NCBI GenBank assembly: GCA_964247055.1
Contig: OZ176059.1
Span: forward strand, 1,736,001-1,800,000
Length of the DNA stretch: 64,000 bases
Reading direction: 5' to 3'
DNA from: Paragordius varius
Lineage: Eukaryota; Animalia; Nematomorpha
Shown here: piece after piece, positions 51,556-64,000 of the stretch
Position numbering within the stretch: position 1 is the first letter of the stretch
Layout: each line of letters starts with the position of its first letter
Made by a program: the position numbers and the translations under genes
Notes under the pieces: generated by a model
Seen by the model: the letters and a program-made list of their open reading frames with translations, nothing else
Database searches by the model: none
Told to the model about the DNA's origin: nothing

Positions 51556-52667
51556 AAAATATATTAAAAGTGCGAATATTTTGCGTTAGATATGATGATT
51601 TCAAACTAAAGTGCAAATAGAGAATTAATGCATTTATCAGAGTTCATATATTTTACAGGATATTTTTTATCCCGATCTCATGCCCTTTCCTATGTAATGA
51701 CTGATAGCCGAAAGAATGTTTTTACATATCTGTTTATACCTATCAAGTAGGCTTCAACAAAAATTTGCTCAAAATTAATTGAACCCTGGGAAATATTTTA
51801 TGATTTATGAACACTTATAGTATATATCTTTTATATTTACCGAAATACAGTAAATGCCGCAAAATGTATCCTTGCAAAAATATTTCATATGGACTGAAAT
51901 ATTATATCAATATGGACCATAAAATCCATAATTCTTATATTTAAATAGATAATATTTTATACAATAAAATATGTATTTTCATTCCGTTATAAGAATTTTG
52001 CTTGCAAATTTTTATTTTATTAGCAAAAATGTATTTTATTTTTTTGGTGACACATCATGTGATGTTTTTCAACCAATCGCTTAAATCGAATCGCCTAAAT
52101 CATCCCGTATTCTCTATCGGATTTTTTTCCGCAGATATGAAGTGCAGTCGCCATATTGCATAACCCGAAATAGAAAAGTTTGTGTCGCGATATATATATC
52201 TAATATTTTTTTGTGTCATAACATGCCTTAAATCATTGGTGAGAAGAAAATTTTATATATTCATGAGCAGAGTTGAAGAAGCATTCTCTATATTATTCAT
52301 GAAATTTGTATTCAATTCCACATTTATTCGTGCCCGAAAGTAGATATTGGCTGCTATCATAACAACAAAAGGATACATAAATCACGGTTTATAAAAGCAT
52401 TTCAATGATTTCATCCCTCTTTACCGATACATTTATCAAAATTTTTTGATTGCACTTCAAAAAAAAATTCGTTTTATTTCATGCCAGGATTTATTGTGTA
52501 GCAAAAGTTTTTATGCCTAGCATCATCAACGTGTAAATAGTTTGTGGAAAATATGTGTACCTTAAATTTTTGTCAAATGATCAGTAAAATTATTCTTATA
52601 TGGAGGAGTCGTCTATAACTAGTCGAGTTTGAGTTGATATCTTCCATATCATATATTTATAAAACTC

Positions 52668-55600
52668 ATGAAAACCGAAACTACGGGGGAAGCTTTACCT
52701 TCCAACCCTAACACCAATGATAATAACAGCATCAATGCAAGGAATAGCAATAATTCGAATGCTTCTAAACGGCGGCGTGTAAATTCACCGTATGAACCCA
52801 TTTTAGGTATAATGTTTCTATGTTTTGATTTTAAATTTGATTATAGTCCATTAGATGATTTTTTTTGAAATTAACCATACTTTGATGAAAAGTTTTACCT
52901 AATTGTGTGATTTTAAAACTTAAATTTAACGCTTTTAAATCTAAAACTTTAAACTCATAATAAACCTCTCAAATATGCAATATAAGCTTTATGTAAGTTT
53001 TTCACCGCTATTTATCTCGACAGATTGGAACATTTTGAATCATTTGGAAAATGATTTGCCCGATGAATTGATGAACAGCAGCAGTATCAGTACCAGTAAC
53101 AATAATGTCACGTCAAATAACCCTATCGACACGAATGACAAGGTATCGTTGCTTATGGCAACACAGAAGCAACAAACCCAACACCACGGCGGCGGCAACA
53201 TCAATCAGCTGTTGCCGCCTCTCTCAAATGGCGTGGGTGCACTGGCTTGTGAATCATCCGATGCCCAAAAGAACCCGCAACTTGCTCAGCTGTTGAATCA
53301 AAGTCCGTTAGCTTCATCGTTTCACAGTCCCCCGTTAACGGGTATAATAATCCCGGATCCCCATGCTGTTCCCAACCCTTATAGCCGTCCCAACGTAGTT
53401 ACCAACACTAACAACAATAATAATAGCCATAGCCAATTACTAAACATTGGCATAGGTAATAGTAGTAATAATCCTCTCTCAACAGCTGCTTCTGGTACAA
53501 TGGCAAGTAGTTTAGCAATTACGTCATCAGTGGAAACAAACATAAGCGCATTTAGCGGTAGCGGTCGACAACCGTCGCCTTTTTACCCGTTATTACACGG
53601 TGGGCCTCCTCCACAGCCCAAAACGACCGTCGCCGGCGTTGGCAACTCCGCTGATGGCGGCGGTATTAGCAGTTACAATAAACATCATCATGTGACATCA
53701 TCGCTATCGTCTGCTGTAGGTACCGAAGGCTCATATCAACAACAACAACAACTAATTCATCACAACAATGTCCCATCAATGACTAATAATCCTAATAAGT
53801 TATTATCAAATACTGATGGTCAACACGTTTTGGGTGGTAGCATTTCTTCATCTCAAATTGACGTTACTTCCTCTTGTCCGACAGAGCCAGTAGGCGGATT
53901 CATGATGATGACAAATTCATCTTTACCACAACAATCAATTGGTTCTTCTTCTTTACAGCGATTCCTGGTAAAACATTATTTTGAACTTGTATTATATTTC
54001 AATTTGGAATTTTTTGCATATGATTTATTATATTTGATAGCAGACGAAATTATTTTTAATTTAAATATTGTGTATATGTTTTATTATATGTGAGCAGACG
54101 ATATAAGATTTCAAAACCGTTTTTTAAGTTGATAATTTTTTGGTGGCCATTTTATCTAGAAATTGGAGATTTAAAAATTGAATTCAGATAATGTTTATTG
54201 TGAATATGGACAAAAGTAATAGGTAAAATTTAATATTTAGATATTTTTGCTCATTCGATAATACCATAAAACCAAATGCTTTTGGTATAATTATTTATTT
54301 CATTTATGCAAAAATCTATTGAAAATTATTTGTTTAAAATTATAGATAGGTTTCCTATTCATAGATAATCATAAAACTAAACGTTTTAATTTTTTTAATT
54401 TTACAATTCTAAGGTTGTTTTAAAAAGAGTTAGCTTGAGCCTTTTGGTAAGCTATCAAAATTTGTTTGTCCTATATATCTTCAAGTTTTTTCCCATTACA
54501 AGCTTTTTAAAAAAATTCATTAACAAAATAATATTGCTATTTTATCATTCAATTTCATCAGAGTGCATATACAGTAAAGAATTTTTTTATTGGCTAATAT
54601 ACCCAGTAAAATATCCAAAATACAACTGTAAACCAATAATATTTGCCTTTACTGGATATGCTTTTTGGCAATTATTATTATTAATAATATTAATGAAAAA
54701 ATCTAACCAAATCCATATACTTTTTACTGTATTTTGAATCTCTATGTTAGAATCCATCAATGACAACAATGATGAGTGGAGGATTTATAGGATCAACATA
54801 TGATGCCGTTACCATGACAACAGGCAATGGCCAACAACTCTTTTATCCCTCTACGCATCAACGCGGCATCATTTCCGGTGTAAACGGAGCAGCCATTGGG
54901 TCAATGAACTCTTCCACTGCATTAACCTTAACTACGTCATCATCATTAGCGGCCGGGACAATTATCCCACCGCCAAACGTTCAAGTTATAACTACCTCAC
55001 CCATAATTATATCATCAGCCCTACATTCACAGCTGACCGCTACAGCGGTGCCCACATCGTTCCATAAGGTACACATTTTGTTTGATTATATATATGTCGA
55101 GCGGCATCGTTTTTGTTTGTTTCTTAATTAAACTTACAATAACCATCAACCAGTGGCATTACTGCATTTTGGCATATTTTTTTTCATATTATCATTATTG
55201 TAAACACTCATTTTGTCTTAATATTTATGACATGTATACATAAATTTTATTTAGCGGGGATTTAAAAATTTTTTTAAAAATATTTTTAAGCCTCACTGTT
55301 CCCCCTTAAAACAAAATTGTATGGAAACAAAACCAGAGTATTAAAATAATTAAGTTCTCATCTTAAATTCTAGTATATGTTCACTATTTTAAATTCATAC
55401 TTTCTTAAATCAGTATTCTTTAAACCTGCATTGCTATGTTATGATATAATATATATAATATAAAATAGGTATCACCCTACAATTACATGTATATAAACAA
55501 CAGCAATATTAACAACGTTAATAACGTTGCCATGGTAACCATTTATGATGGTACAAGTGCTATTGGCCCAACACACAGTTTTGTCACCAATATGATGACA

Positions 55601-58600
55601 TCAACAACGCAAAACTCTTCCACCCTTTTTGCAACAGCTGTTTCTACGTTACCATCATCAGCTACGGCGCCAACAGCTGTAGCGCCATCATCCCAATCCC
55701 AACAACATCACGTGGCATCAGCTGACCCCGAGAAACGAAAGTTGATTCAGCAACAACTCGTCCTCCTCCTCCATGCCCACAAGTGTCAAAAGAGGGAACA
55801 GATGTTCGCTGCCGCCATTGGCGGAACCGTTGCCAATAGCAACGACGAAACAGCTGCTGCTCGGGCACCCTCATGTACGTTACCACATTGCCGAACCATG
55901 AAAAATGTCTTGAATCATATGATGACGTGCACGGCTGGCAAGGCGTGTACAGGTAATTAATTACCTAACCTGGGTGTTATTTAAAATTACAATTGCATGT
56001 TAATTTACCCTTGAACATTTTAAGTTTTCTAATAATAAAATTAGATGTAGTTTTGTTATAAACTTAATATTTTTTCATTAACACGTTCTCGTACATAACT
56101 ATATTATTCATAATTTTACAAATTATTCTTAAAAAAAACTATTTTAAGAAGTATTTGTGAAAAATATTTGGTGCTATTAGTCTTTATACATTTTTTCATT
56201 TATACCATATTTTATATCATAATCCTTTATCTAATCATATCCGCAAACAGTTCCCCATTGTGCCTCATCACGGCAAATCATTACGCATTGGAAGAATTGT
56301 ACAAGGCTGGATTGCACTGTGTGCCTACCGCTAAAACGGCCGCCTGGAACCGCCGGTTCCGCTAACCCATCTCAATCTCAACAGCTGATTCAACCGCTAC
56401 AAAACCAATCACTAGGTATATATACATATATTTCATTTAAAACGGGTTTTAACGGATCAATTATTATTGTAAAAAATCATTTTAAACTATATGCATTTTC
56501 TTATTTTGTTAAATAAATATAATAACTTGAAAATGAATCGCTGGAAATTCAAATAATTGAATTAGGGTGTTTTATAGCTCATGGCAGATAAAAACTAATT
56601 TTTTAATTATATTATGATACAAAAAGGAGATAATGAAGAATTAGTTAATTTCTAAAATAAATATTTTCATAAAGGTTATTATTTAATATAATAATGTCTT
56701 AAATTATAGCTCTTCACCAAAAATATCTATCCCTTTCCTATATTATTTCATTATAAACACACTTATATAAAAAGAGAATAATGAATTTATAAGTGTTTAA
56801 TTTTTAAAACTTTTGTAATATTTCAACGCACATTTATTTTACGTTTTATTAAAACCTTGACAATGTCATCCTCTATCTCATCAATAGCAGATGTTGGAAT
56901 GAATGCATCATCCATGGTGATGATGCCAACAGCTGGGATGACCGCTAACAATAATGACAACAGTTATCCGCCACCCTTATCATCGATGGAAGCCGCCGGA
57001 GAAGCGACGGCTGGACCAATGGTGGGGATCATCCATTCTTCCCCATACTTTGTTTCCCCCCATCAACATCAACATATGCAACAACATCAACAGCAGCTGA
57101 GAAACATTCATTCACAGCAACAGGCACCACATAATCAGCTGATACAGCAGCCACCATCCCAACATTTGTTGTTGGCACCACAACAGTACGCCAACACAAA
57201 TATCAATAACAATACTCAGGTAGTAGGAGTATTTATGATAAACTATATATTATATTAGTTTTTTTCATTAACACTTCTTTACCACGCGCTTACCATATGT
57301 TTCTATTCATTTATGATGTAATTTTACTTGGCTGTATATAGTTAATAAAAGTGATGGAAATAAAAATTATTTAATCAAAATATTAATTTGACAAATTTTT
57401 TTTTTGAACTTATGAATAAAAAATTATCGAACTATACCAACGCAACATATATGCCTACACAATTCATATATTTTAACCGTTTTTTTTCCCTACAGGTTAT
57501 ATACAATGGCAATACACCTCCACCTGCTGGTACCATGGCTGGATATGGGTCACATTATTCCCAACAGCTGCAACATCCACAAAGTGGGGGCGCATATCTT
57601 CTCCCTTCGTCATCATCATCATCAGTTTCCATTGATGGCGCTATGATATCAGCTGGTCGCATTGATGGCCTTGTCAATGGCCAGCCACTATTATTTGGCG
57701 ACAACGCGACCATGAATACGCCGCCACCCCCTTATCCTCATCATCAACATCACCAACAGCTGATTGGATCATCAGCTGTTGGCGGTACGATGACGACACC
57801 TACACCGCTCAAAGCGGCAAACGCCACAACAACAAGAAGTCAACCACAAAGTTGGCATGCCCTAGTCACGGAAGATTTAAGGAGACATCTCGTTTTAAAA
57901 TTGTAAGCTGATTGATTGATTGATTTTATTTTTGTGTTTATAATACTTAATATTTTCAGTTTTTTTACTTTTTATCATGATATGTTGTTTTTTTAAAGTC
58001 AGCTTTTGGTGAGGTTAATTTGAATTGTTTAAGGGTGAATTTAAATTGTAAAGGGGAATATGAATTGTTCCTAGTCAATTGAATTGTTTAAGGGTGAATT
58101 CATAATTGTTTAAGGTTAAATTTCAATTTTGTAAATGGTATATATAATATATTTTTTATACTTTGTTAGAGTTCAAGCAATTTTCCCGACCCCTGATCCT
58201 ACATCCCTCCAGGATCGAAGAATGCAACATCTGGTGGCCTATGCCAAAAAGGTTGAAGGTGACATGTTTGAAAGTGCAAATAGTCGTGTAAGTCTTTTTT
58301 GTTTTTTATTTTATTTTAGTTACCTGAAAAATAATTTTTTTAAAACAATTTATTGATATTTTATATACCATTCATTTACAGTTCAAATTCACCCTTAATT
58401 CACCTTAAAAATAAATTATGTGTTTTTCTACGATCAAAAAATTATATTTATTTTTTTTTATTTTTTAACATATGAAATTTTTTTTAAAATTAATTGAACG
58501 CTGCAAAAAATAATAATAAACTATGTCGTAAAAATATATATTTCATATTAATGATGAGTTATATTAGCTGCCCGGAAACACAAAATATATACTTTTAGGG

Positions 58601-60497
58601 TGTGAATTTGGATTGTTCGAGGGTGAAATTGAATGTTTAATGGTATATATTATTGAAATGAAAAATATAAATTTTGCTAAATAAAAAAGTAATTAAATAT
58701 GATTGTTAACAATCTATCCACAAAATCTTTAAATTAAAACAATGTTTTACCAATTATAATATATAATTTATTTTTTTTATAAAAATAAAAATTTGTTAAA
58801 TTTGCTTGAAATTTATACCTACTCTATAAGAACATTATATGGTATATCTTTATAAAAAATTATTTTTTGCTAAATAAAAAAATATTAAAATATGGTTGCT
58901 AATAATTCATCCCTAAAATCTTTAAATTTAAACAAATGTTTTACCAATTAATTTTTTTTATAAAAATAAAAATTTGTGAAATTTGTTTGAAATTTTTTAC
59001 CTTACAGGAAGAGTATATGGTATATTATTTTTTAAATAAAAAAATATTTTTTGGCTAATTAAAAAAGTAATATAATATGGTTGTTAATAACTCATCTTAA
59101 CCAATTTATTTTTATAAAAATAAAAATTTGTAAATTTTATTTGAAATTTTTTTACCTTACAGGAAGAGTATTACCATTTGTTGGCGGAAAAAATTTACAA
59201 GATTCAAAAAGAGCTTGAAGAAAAACGTCATGAACGTCAACAAAGGGCCAAAGAACAGCTGCAACAACAACAACAGCTGCAACAGCAACAAACGAAAAAT
59301 ACGCCAAATTACAATGCGATATCACCTGTTTCGGTATCATCAGCTGTTTGGGGAACAGGTGAGTGTGTGTGTGTGAATGAATGTATGCGTATAAGTTTTT
59401 GAAATGTTGTTTTGGATAATTGTAGTGTTTTTATATCCTCCAAGAGTTTTAAAACAAATTATAAAATCTTTTAAATATAATAATGTTTAACACATTAATA
59501 ATGGTTTTATATGTATTTTTTTATAAAACACACTAAATTACAATGCGATATCACTTGTTTCGGTGTCACCAGCTCTGTTTGGGGAACATGTGAGTGTGTG
59601 ATTAAATGAATGAATGTATTCGTATAAGCTTTTGATATGTGTCATGTGTTTTTTGTGGGTTTATTGGTGCCTTTTTTATATGTTTTGAGAGAAATTAATG
59701 TTTTTTATCATTTACCATTCAAATACACTTTCAAACACTTTAATTCATATACAACATTATATATTTATCCTGAAAATAAATATATTTTGGGTTAATATTT
59801 AACTTGTTATTGATATGAAATAGTTCTTTATGGTGTATCATTTTCCTGGATTGTGGTACTTTTAAATAAATTTTCTGTGTAAAATAGCAAAAAATATATA
59901 GGTGGTTTTATAGTTTCATATACTTTAAATGAAAATGTTTAAGGTTCAATTTGAAATGTTCAGAGTTGGATTTAAGTTATAAATATGGATCACACAATTA
60001 ACATTTTTTTTGTAACGTTGTGTGCTTTTTTATCCTATGCGTTTTTAATTCCCTAGATTACTTATATTTTGTTTGTCTATACTGAAAATAACCATTTTTA
60101 CCTTTTATATAATCATCGTGCCCTAAAATAATTATATTTTTTTTGTTTTCAATCACACACATATTATAGATAAAACACCGCTAGGAAAATCCTATGTGGT
60201 GGATGCATCTCCCGCTATAGCGGAACAACCGCCACCGCCAGGATCCGTTATAACTGTATCATCTATTAACCCAAAAACACCTCAGATCTCTTCTTCTAAT
60301 ACTTTACCTATCATCAACAGCAGCACGCCCTCAGAATTTGGGGTTAATAATGGCCCCAATACCAATAACGATATAATTATTGCTCAATTAAGGTCTACCG
60401 GGGTGGCAAACAACTCCAACTTAAATTCCACGCTAAAATCCAATGTCAATAATAATTTGTTACAACAATCGAACCAAAATCAATTTATTGATTCTGT

Positions 60498-60556
<59 letters not shown>

Positions 60557-62105
60557 GAATTTATTATTACGCGCTATTTTAAGTTTTTTTTTCTCATAAT
60601 AATTCTATTCAGCAGGTTTAATCTTAAAGTAATGGTATTTTAGGTTTTTTTAAAAAAATTTCGATTTCCATACTCACGCAGTTTAATTTCGGAGAAGAAT
60701 GAATGGTATAAAATTTAAGAGTTTGTTATAGTTTTTTATAACATATTTTTGTCATTTTCATAATACTTAATCGGTTTAATTTTGGAAAAATAGTATCATA
60801 TAAAACTTAAATGTCTATATGAAGGTTTGACAATTCTCTTAAATTATCTTATAATATAAATAAAATTCTATAACTTTTACATATGTCACCAATTTTATTA
60901 AATATGCATAAATTTATTTATCTAAATTTAATTATTTACATAAATTTTAATATTATATGTGTGTGTGTCCGTATGTTTTAGAATCAACAACATTCAATGT
61001 CTAGTCCCTACTTTTATTCCCCGCGACGAAATGCGCCACCATTACATCCTTCATCAGCTGTTATGTCATCCTCTAATTACTATAACTTTTCCTCACCCGC
61101 CATCACGACATCAGCTGTTTATTTCACTCAAGGATCCACATTAAAAAGTAGTTTGATTTTTTTTCTGCATTTTTTTCAAGCTTGTTGTTTTTTAGGAATT
61201 TGTTAGTTAAAATTATTTTAATGTTGGTTTTCAATATATTTCACTTCAATTATTAAAACATTGACTTAATTATAAAAAGCCTCATAGTAAATTTTAGGAC
61301 AGTATTGCCTTTTTTGGGGGTAGGGGGCGGGTTATCTTAAATAATAATACAGGACAACAATGTTTAATTTTAATCAAACCATAGGTTGTGTTAGATTGGG
61401 TAAAAAAATACCCCCCTCAAAATGTAAATGATCCGTAGAAAAATTCTTTCAATATAATTTTAAGTTGATAAAAATTTTACCGTAAAATAGTAACAACAAA
61501 CTAATTTATTTTTGTGCAATTTAACAATTTTACCTCTAATTTTTAACATTTAAATAATTTTATATTTTTATTTTTTTCTCCCTATTTAGCATTATGGACA
61601 GTTAGTTTTAAACTAAATTTTATACCATACGATGCTGTATTTACATTGATATAAAAATATATGTTTATATACGCCTTCTTTCTTTTCTTTTTAAATAAAA
61701 TCACAGGTGATATGAGTACAGATGGAACAATTCAATATAATGACGATGCATTTCATTCCGTTTCTATGGTATGGATATACATTTATAATTATATTTTGCT
61801 CTTAAACAATTCAATTTCATTCTTAAACAATTCAAATTTACCCTTAAACAAATCAAAATCACCTTTAAATAATTTAAATTCACCCTAAAAATAAATTATG
61901 TGTTTTCCGACAACTAATATAACTCATTATTATTATTAATATGAAATATATCTTTGTGGCATAGTTTATTTTTTTAGTATTATTTTTATAAAACAAAATT
62001 TTATTGTTTAAAAATATAAAAAATATATAAGTAATTTTTTTGTGTTAAAAAACACTCGATTTATTTTAGGATGAATTTGAATTGTTTTAGGGTGAATTTA
62101 AACTG

Positions 62106-62144
<39 letters not shown>

Positions 62145-64000
62145 AAAAAATTTATATATTTGATAAAATTACGTGTATAAAGACAACGAAACATACCTTA
62201 TTTATTAAGGCATTAAAAAGTATCTTATATAAAATAAAAATTAAAATTATACGGACAAATTGTAAAAATATAAAGACAAATTTTTTTATTAAAGACAACC
62301 CCCTATCAAAAACATTTATTTAATTATAATTGTAAACTAAATAAATAATTGATGGTCTTACAAATTTACATGTCTTCTCTATTATACTCTGTAGTTTAAA
62401 ACAATGAGATTTATATTTAAAAAAAATCAAAATTTAAAAGTTTGTCTGTTAGATAAAAATATTTGTCTTTATATTTTCACCATTTTTTGTCCGTAGTATA
62501 ATTTCAATTTTTACTACTGTAAAATTTGTTTTTAAATTTTTACGTTTCTTTAAAAGTTCAATTTTGACTGTATATGTGGCGTTATTTTTACTTGATGAAT
62601 ATAATTAAGTTTTCATTCAACATTCAACATAAAAATGTTTTTAATGATTCCAATGTAACTAGAATATAATTTAGTTTACAGTATATTACCATCTTTGATT
62701 TAAATATATGCCATCTAACATAATTTTTATCATTATTTTTTAGTCAATTCCTACAGCAAACCAAACTAGTGGCAGTTATAACGTCGCATTACATAGCGGC
62801 GGTAGTACCCTAGAATCGGGCAATTATCCGCCACCATTTATGCACACGTCGTCACGAATCACGACATCAACAGCTGATGTGAGACTATCAGCTGCGAATC
62901 TATCATCATCACCTTACGCATTTCCTCCCGCCGTCTCCATTTCGGGCAAAACTTCGCCGCCCCTTAATAACTCTACAGCTGGTGTAAAAAAGGCCGCTTT
63001 TTCGAATATAAAGACCGAAACAGCAGCTGACGACGATATTGAGGATAAGATTGGCCGTGTCATAGATAGCGTAGCTACTGGTGGAGCGGGTCGGTTTTTA
63101 CCCCAATCGGCCACCACCGCCGCCACCACTTTGACCAACAATCACCTGTTGATGACAAGTACCGCTAAAAACGTTAACAATAACATTAAAACAACAACAA
63201 CATTTGTTGGTAAAATGAGTACAACAGCAAGTGCTAGAACCACTCAAGAAGCCGCCTTTAACTCAGCTGTTGTCGGCGCCGCCCCCATATTTTATCAACA
63301 ACAGCTGACACCCCAATCATTCACAAACGCTGCTCTCGGGCTGCCAGCTGGTGATTACATCAATAATACACAAGGAACGAGATTAAATAACCCCAATCAA
63401 TATTTTAGCGGTATGGGACCTGCTAACAATATGGGTGATTCCATGCCCCATCATCTCGGACTCGTTAAAAATGAGTATATTGGTCCAGGTTCCAATAATG
63501 CCAATAATGCTCTTTCAGGTCAACAATTACCATATAAAAGCAATAGCAATAATAATATGAATAATATGATTGATAATCAACCAAATGCTTATATTAACAA
63601 TTTTTATAATTCCGCATCATCAAACGTTTCTTCTACTACTACTACTAATATTAATGTCAATTATATCAACACCACCGATAATTTTTACAATAACAACACT
63701 TTGGTGGTGACAAAAAGTAACGCCGCGACATTTGTCCCCGTTTCCACAAGTCAGCATTCGAATAACGTTCAACCATCCTCTGGTCCTGTCCCTTCTTCTA
63801 TGCTTGTTGATGATAAAAAACTGACGATCGATTACGCGACGTTTTCTACGTCTACTAATAACCTTAACAGCTGTTTATCAGTTAAAACCGAATATGGGGA
63901 GGAAGGAACCGTTAGCGAACACACCAGCACTAACACAGCCGTTTTTATTGCCAAGAGGGAACAAGAAGAAGAATGTAAAAGCACTGTTGCCCTTGATTAC
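52668..64000 (+). CDS. CREBBP: CBP/p300 histone acetyltransferase coactivator, 5' part. Exons 52668-52806, 53024-53967, 54751-55068, 55469-55952, 56251-56415, 56888(or 56891)-57219, 57496-57902, 58170-58287, 59163-59358, 60170-60498, 60982-61147(or 61150), 61707-61768, 62744->64000
   Basis: N-terminal [16 protein letters not shown]; TAZ1 [55 protein letters not shown]; [20 protein letters not shown]|[10 protein letters not shown]..|[22 protein letters not shown]. All joins are GT-AG with matching phases. The last exon is open to the window end and missing from the ORF track. Low-complexity exon boundaries are less certain than the domain exons. Confidence 0.9.
55721..56340 (+). other. TAZ1 zinc-finger coding region of CBP (exons 4-5)
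   Basis: [23 protein letters not shown]...[26 protein letters not shown]|[29 protein letters not shown]. Confidence 0.92.
57853..59230 (+). other. KIX domain coding region of CBP (exons 7-9)
   Basis: [78 protein letters not shown]. Confidence 0.92.
58665..59620 (+). repeat. Tandem duplications around CBP exon 9: three acceptor-side units (58665-59162) and one donor-side echo (59535-59620)
   Basis: ttttaccttacag|gaagagtat is repeated at ~58995-59016; aaattacaatgcgatatcac..ggggaaca.gtgagtgtgtg is repeated at ~59535. Confidence 0.85.

Noticed and set aside
61315-61335. Possible G-quadruplex in a CBP intron
   Set aside because: Only three G-runs.
1-64000. Species or phylum assignment
   Set aside because: The genes show an animal origin, but I cannot support a narrower taxon without a database search.

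Overview
Very AT-rich eukaryotic (invertebrate animal) genomic DNA; the lineage cannot be fixed from this window. Five genes are supported. (1) An intronless ARL1 (+). (2) A two-exon gene missed by the ORF track, encoding a 93-aa secreted antistasin/guamerin-like peptide with an Arg/Pro/Thr-rich tail (-). (3) RPL6, 4 exons (+). (4) RPS5, 3 exons (-). (5) The 5' part of a CBP/p300 gene, 13 exons with TAZ1 and KIX (+), running off the window end. Intergenic DNA and introns are filled with DNA transposons: a Buster-type hAT, a Harbinger, TTAA-, TA- and 3-bp-TSD MITEs that are often nested, and a foldback element whose arms expand into a 21-bp satellite. Two things are not explained by these features. 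First, all four intron-containing genes carry tandem 'echo' copies of exon edges (the exon end plus its splice site or stop codon) on the intron or downstream side. In RPS5 and RPL6 these echoes differ from the functional exon mostly at synonymous positions, although I find no canonical way for them to be translated. Second, the E-box hexamer CAGCTG is strongly enriched in coding exons in all three reading frames: 29 hand-counted copies in about 4.9 kb of CBP exons and none seen in its introns. All gene models, counts and codon comparisons were made by eye.
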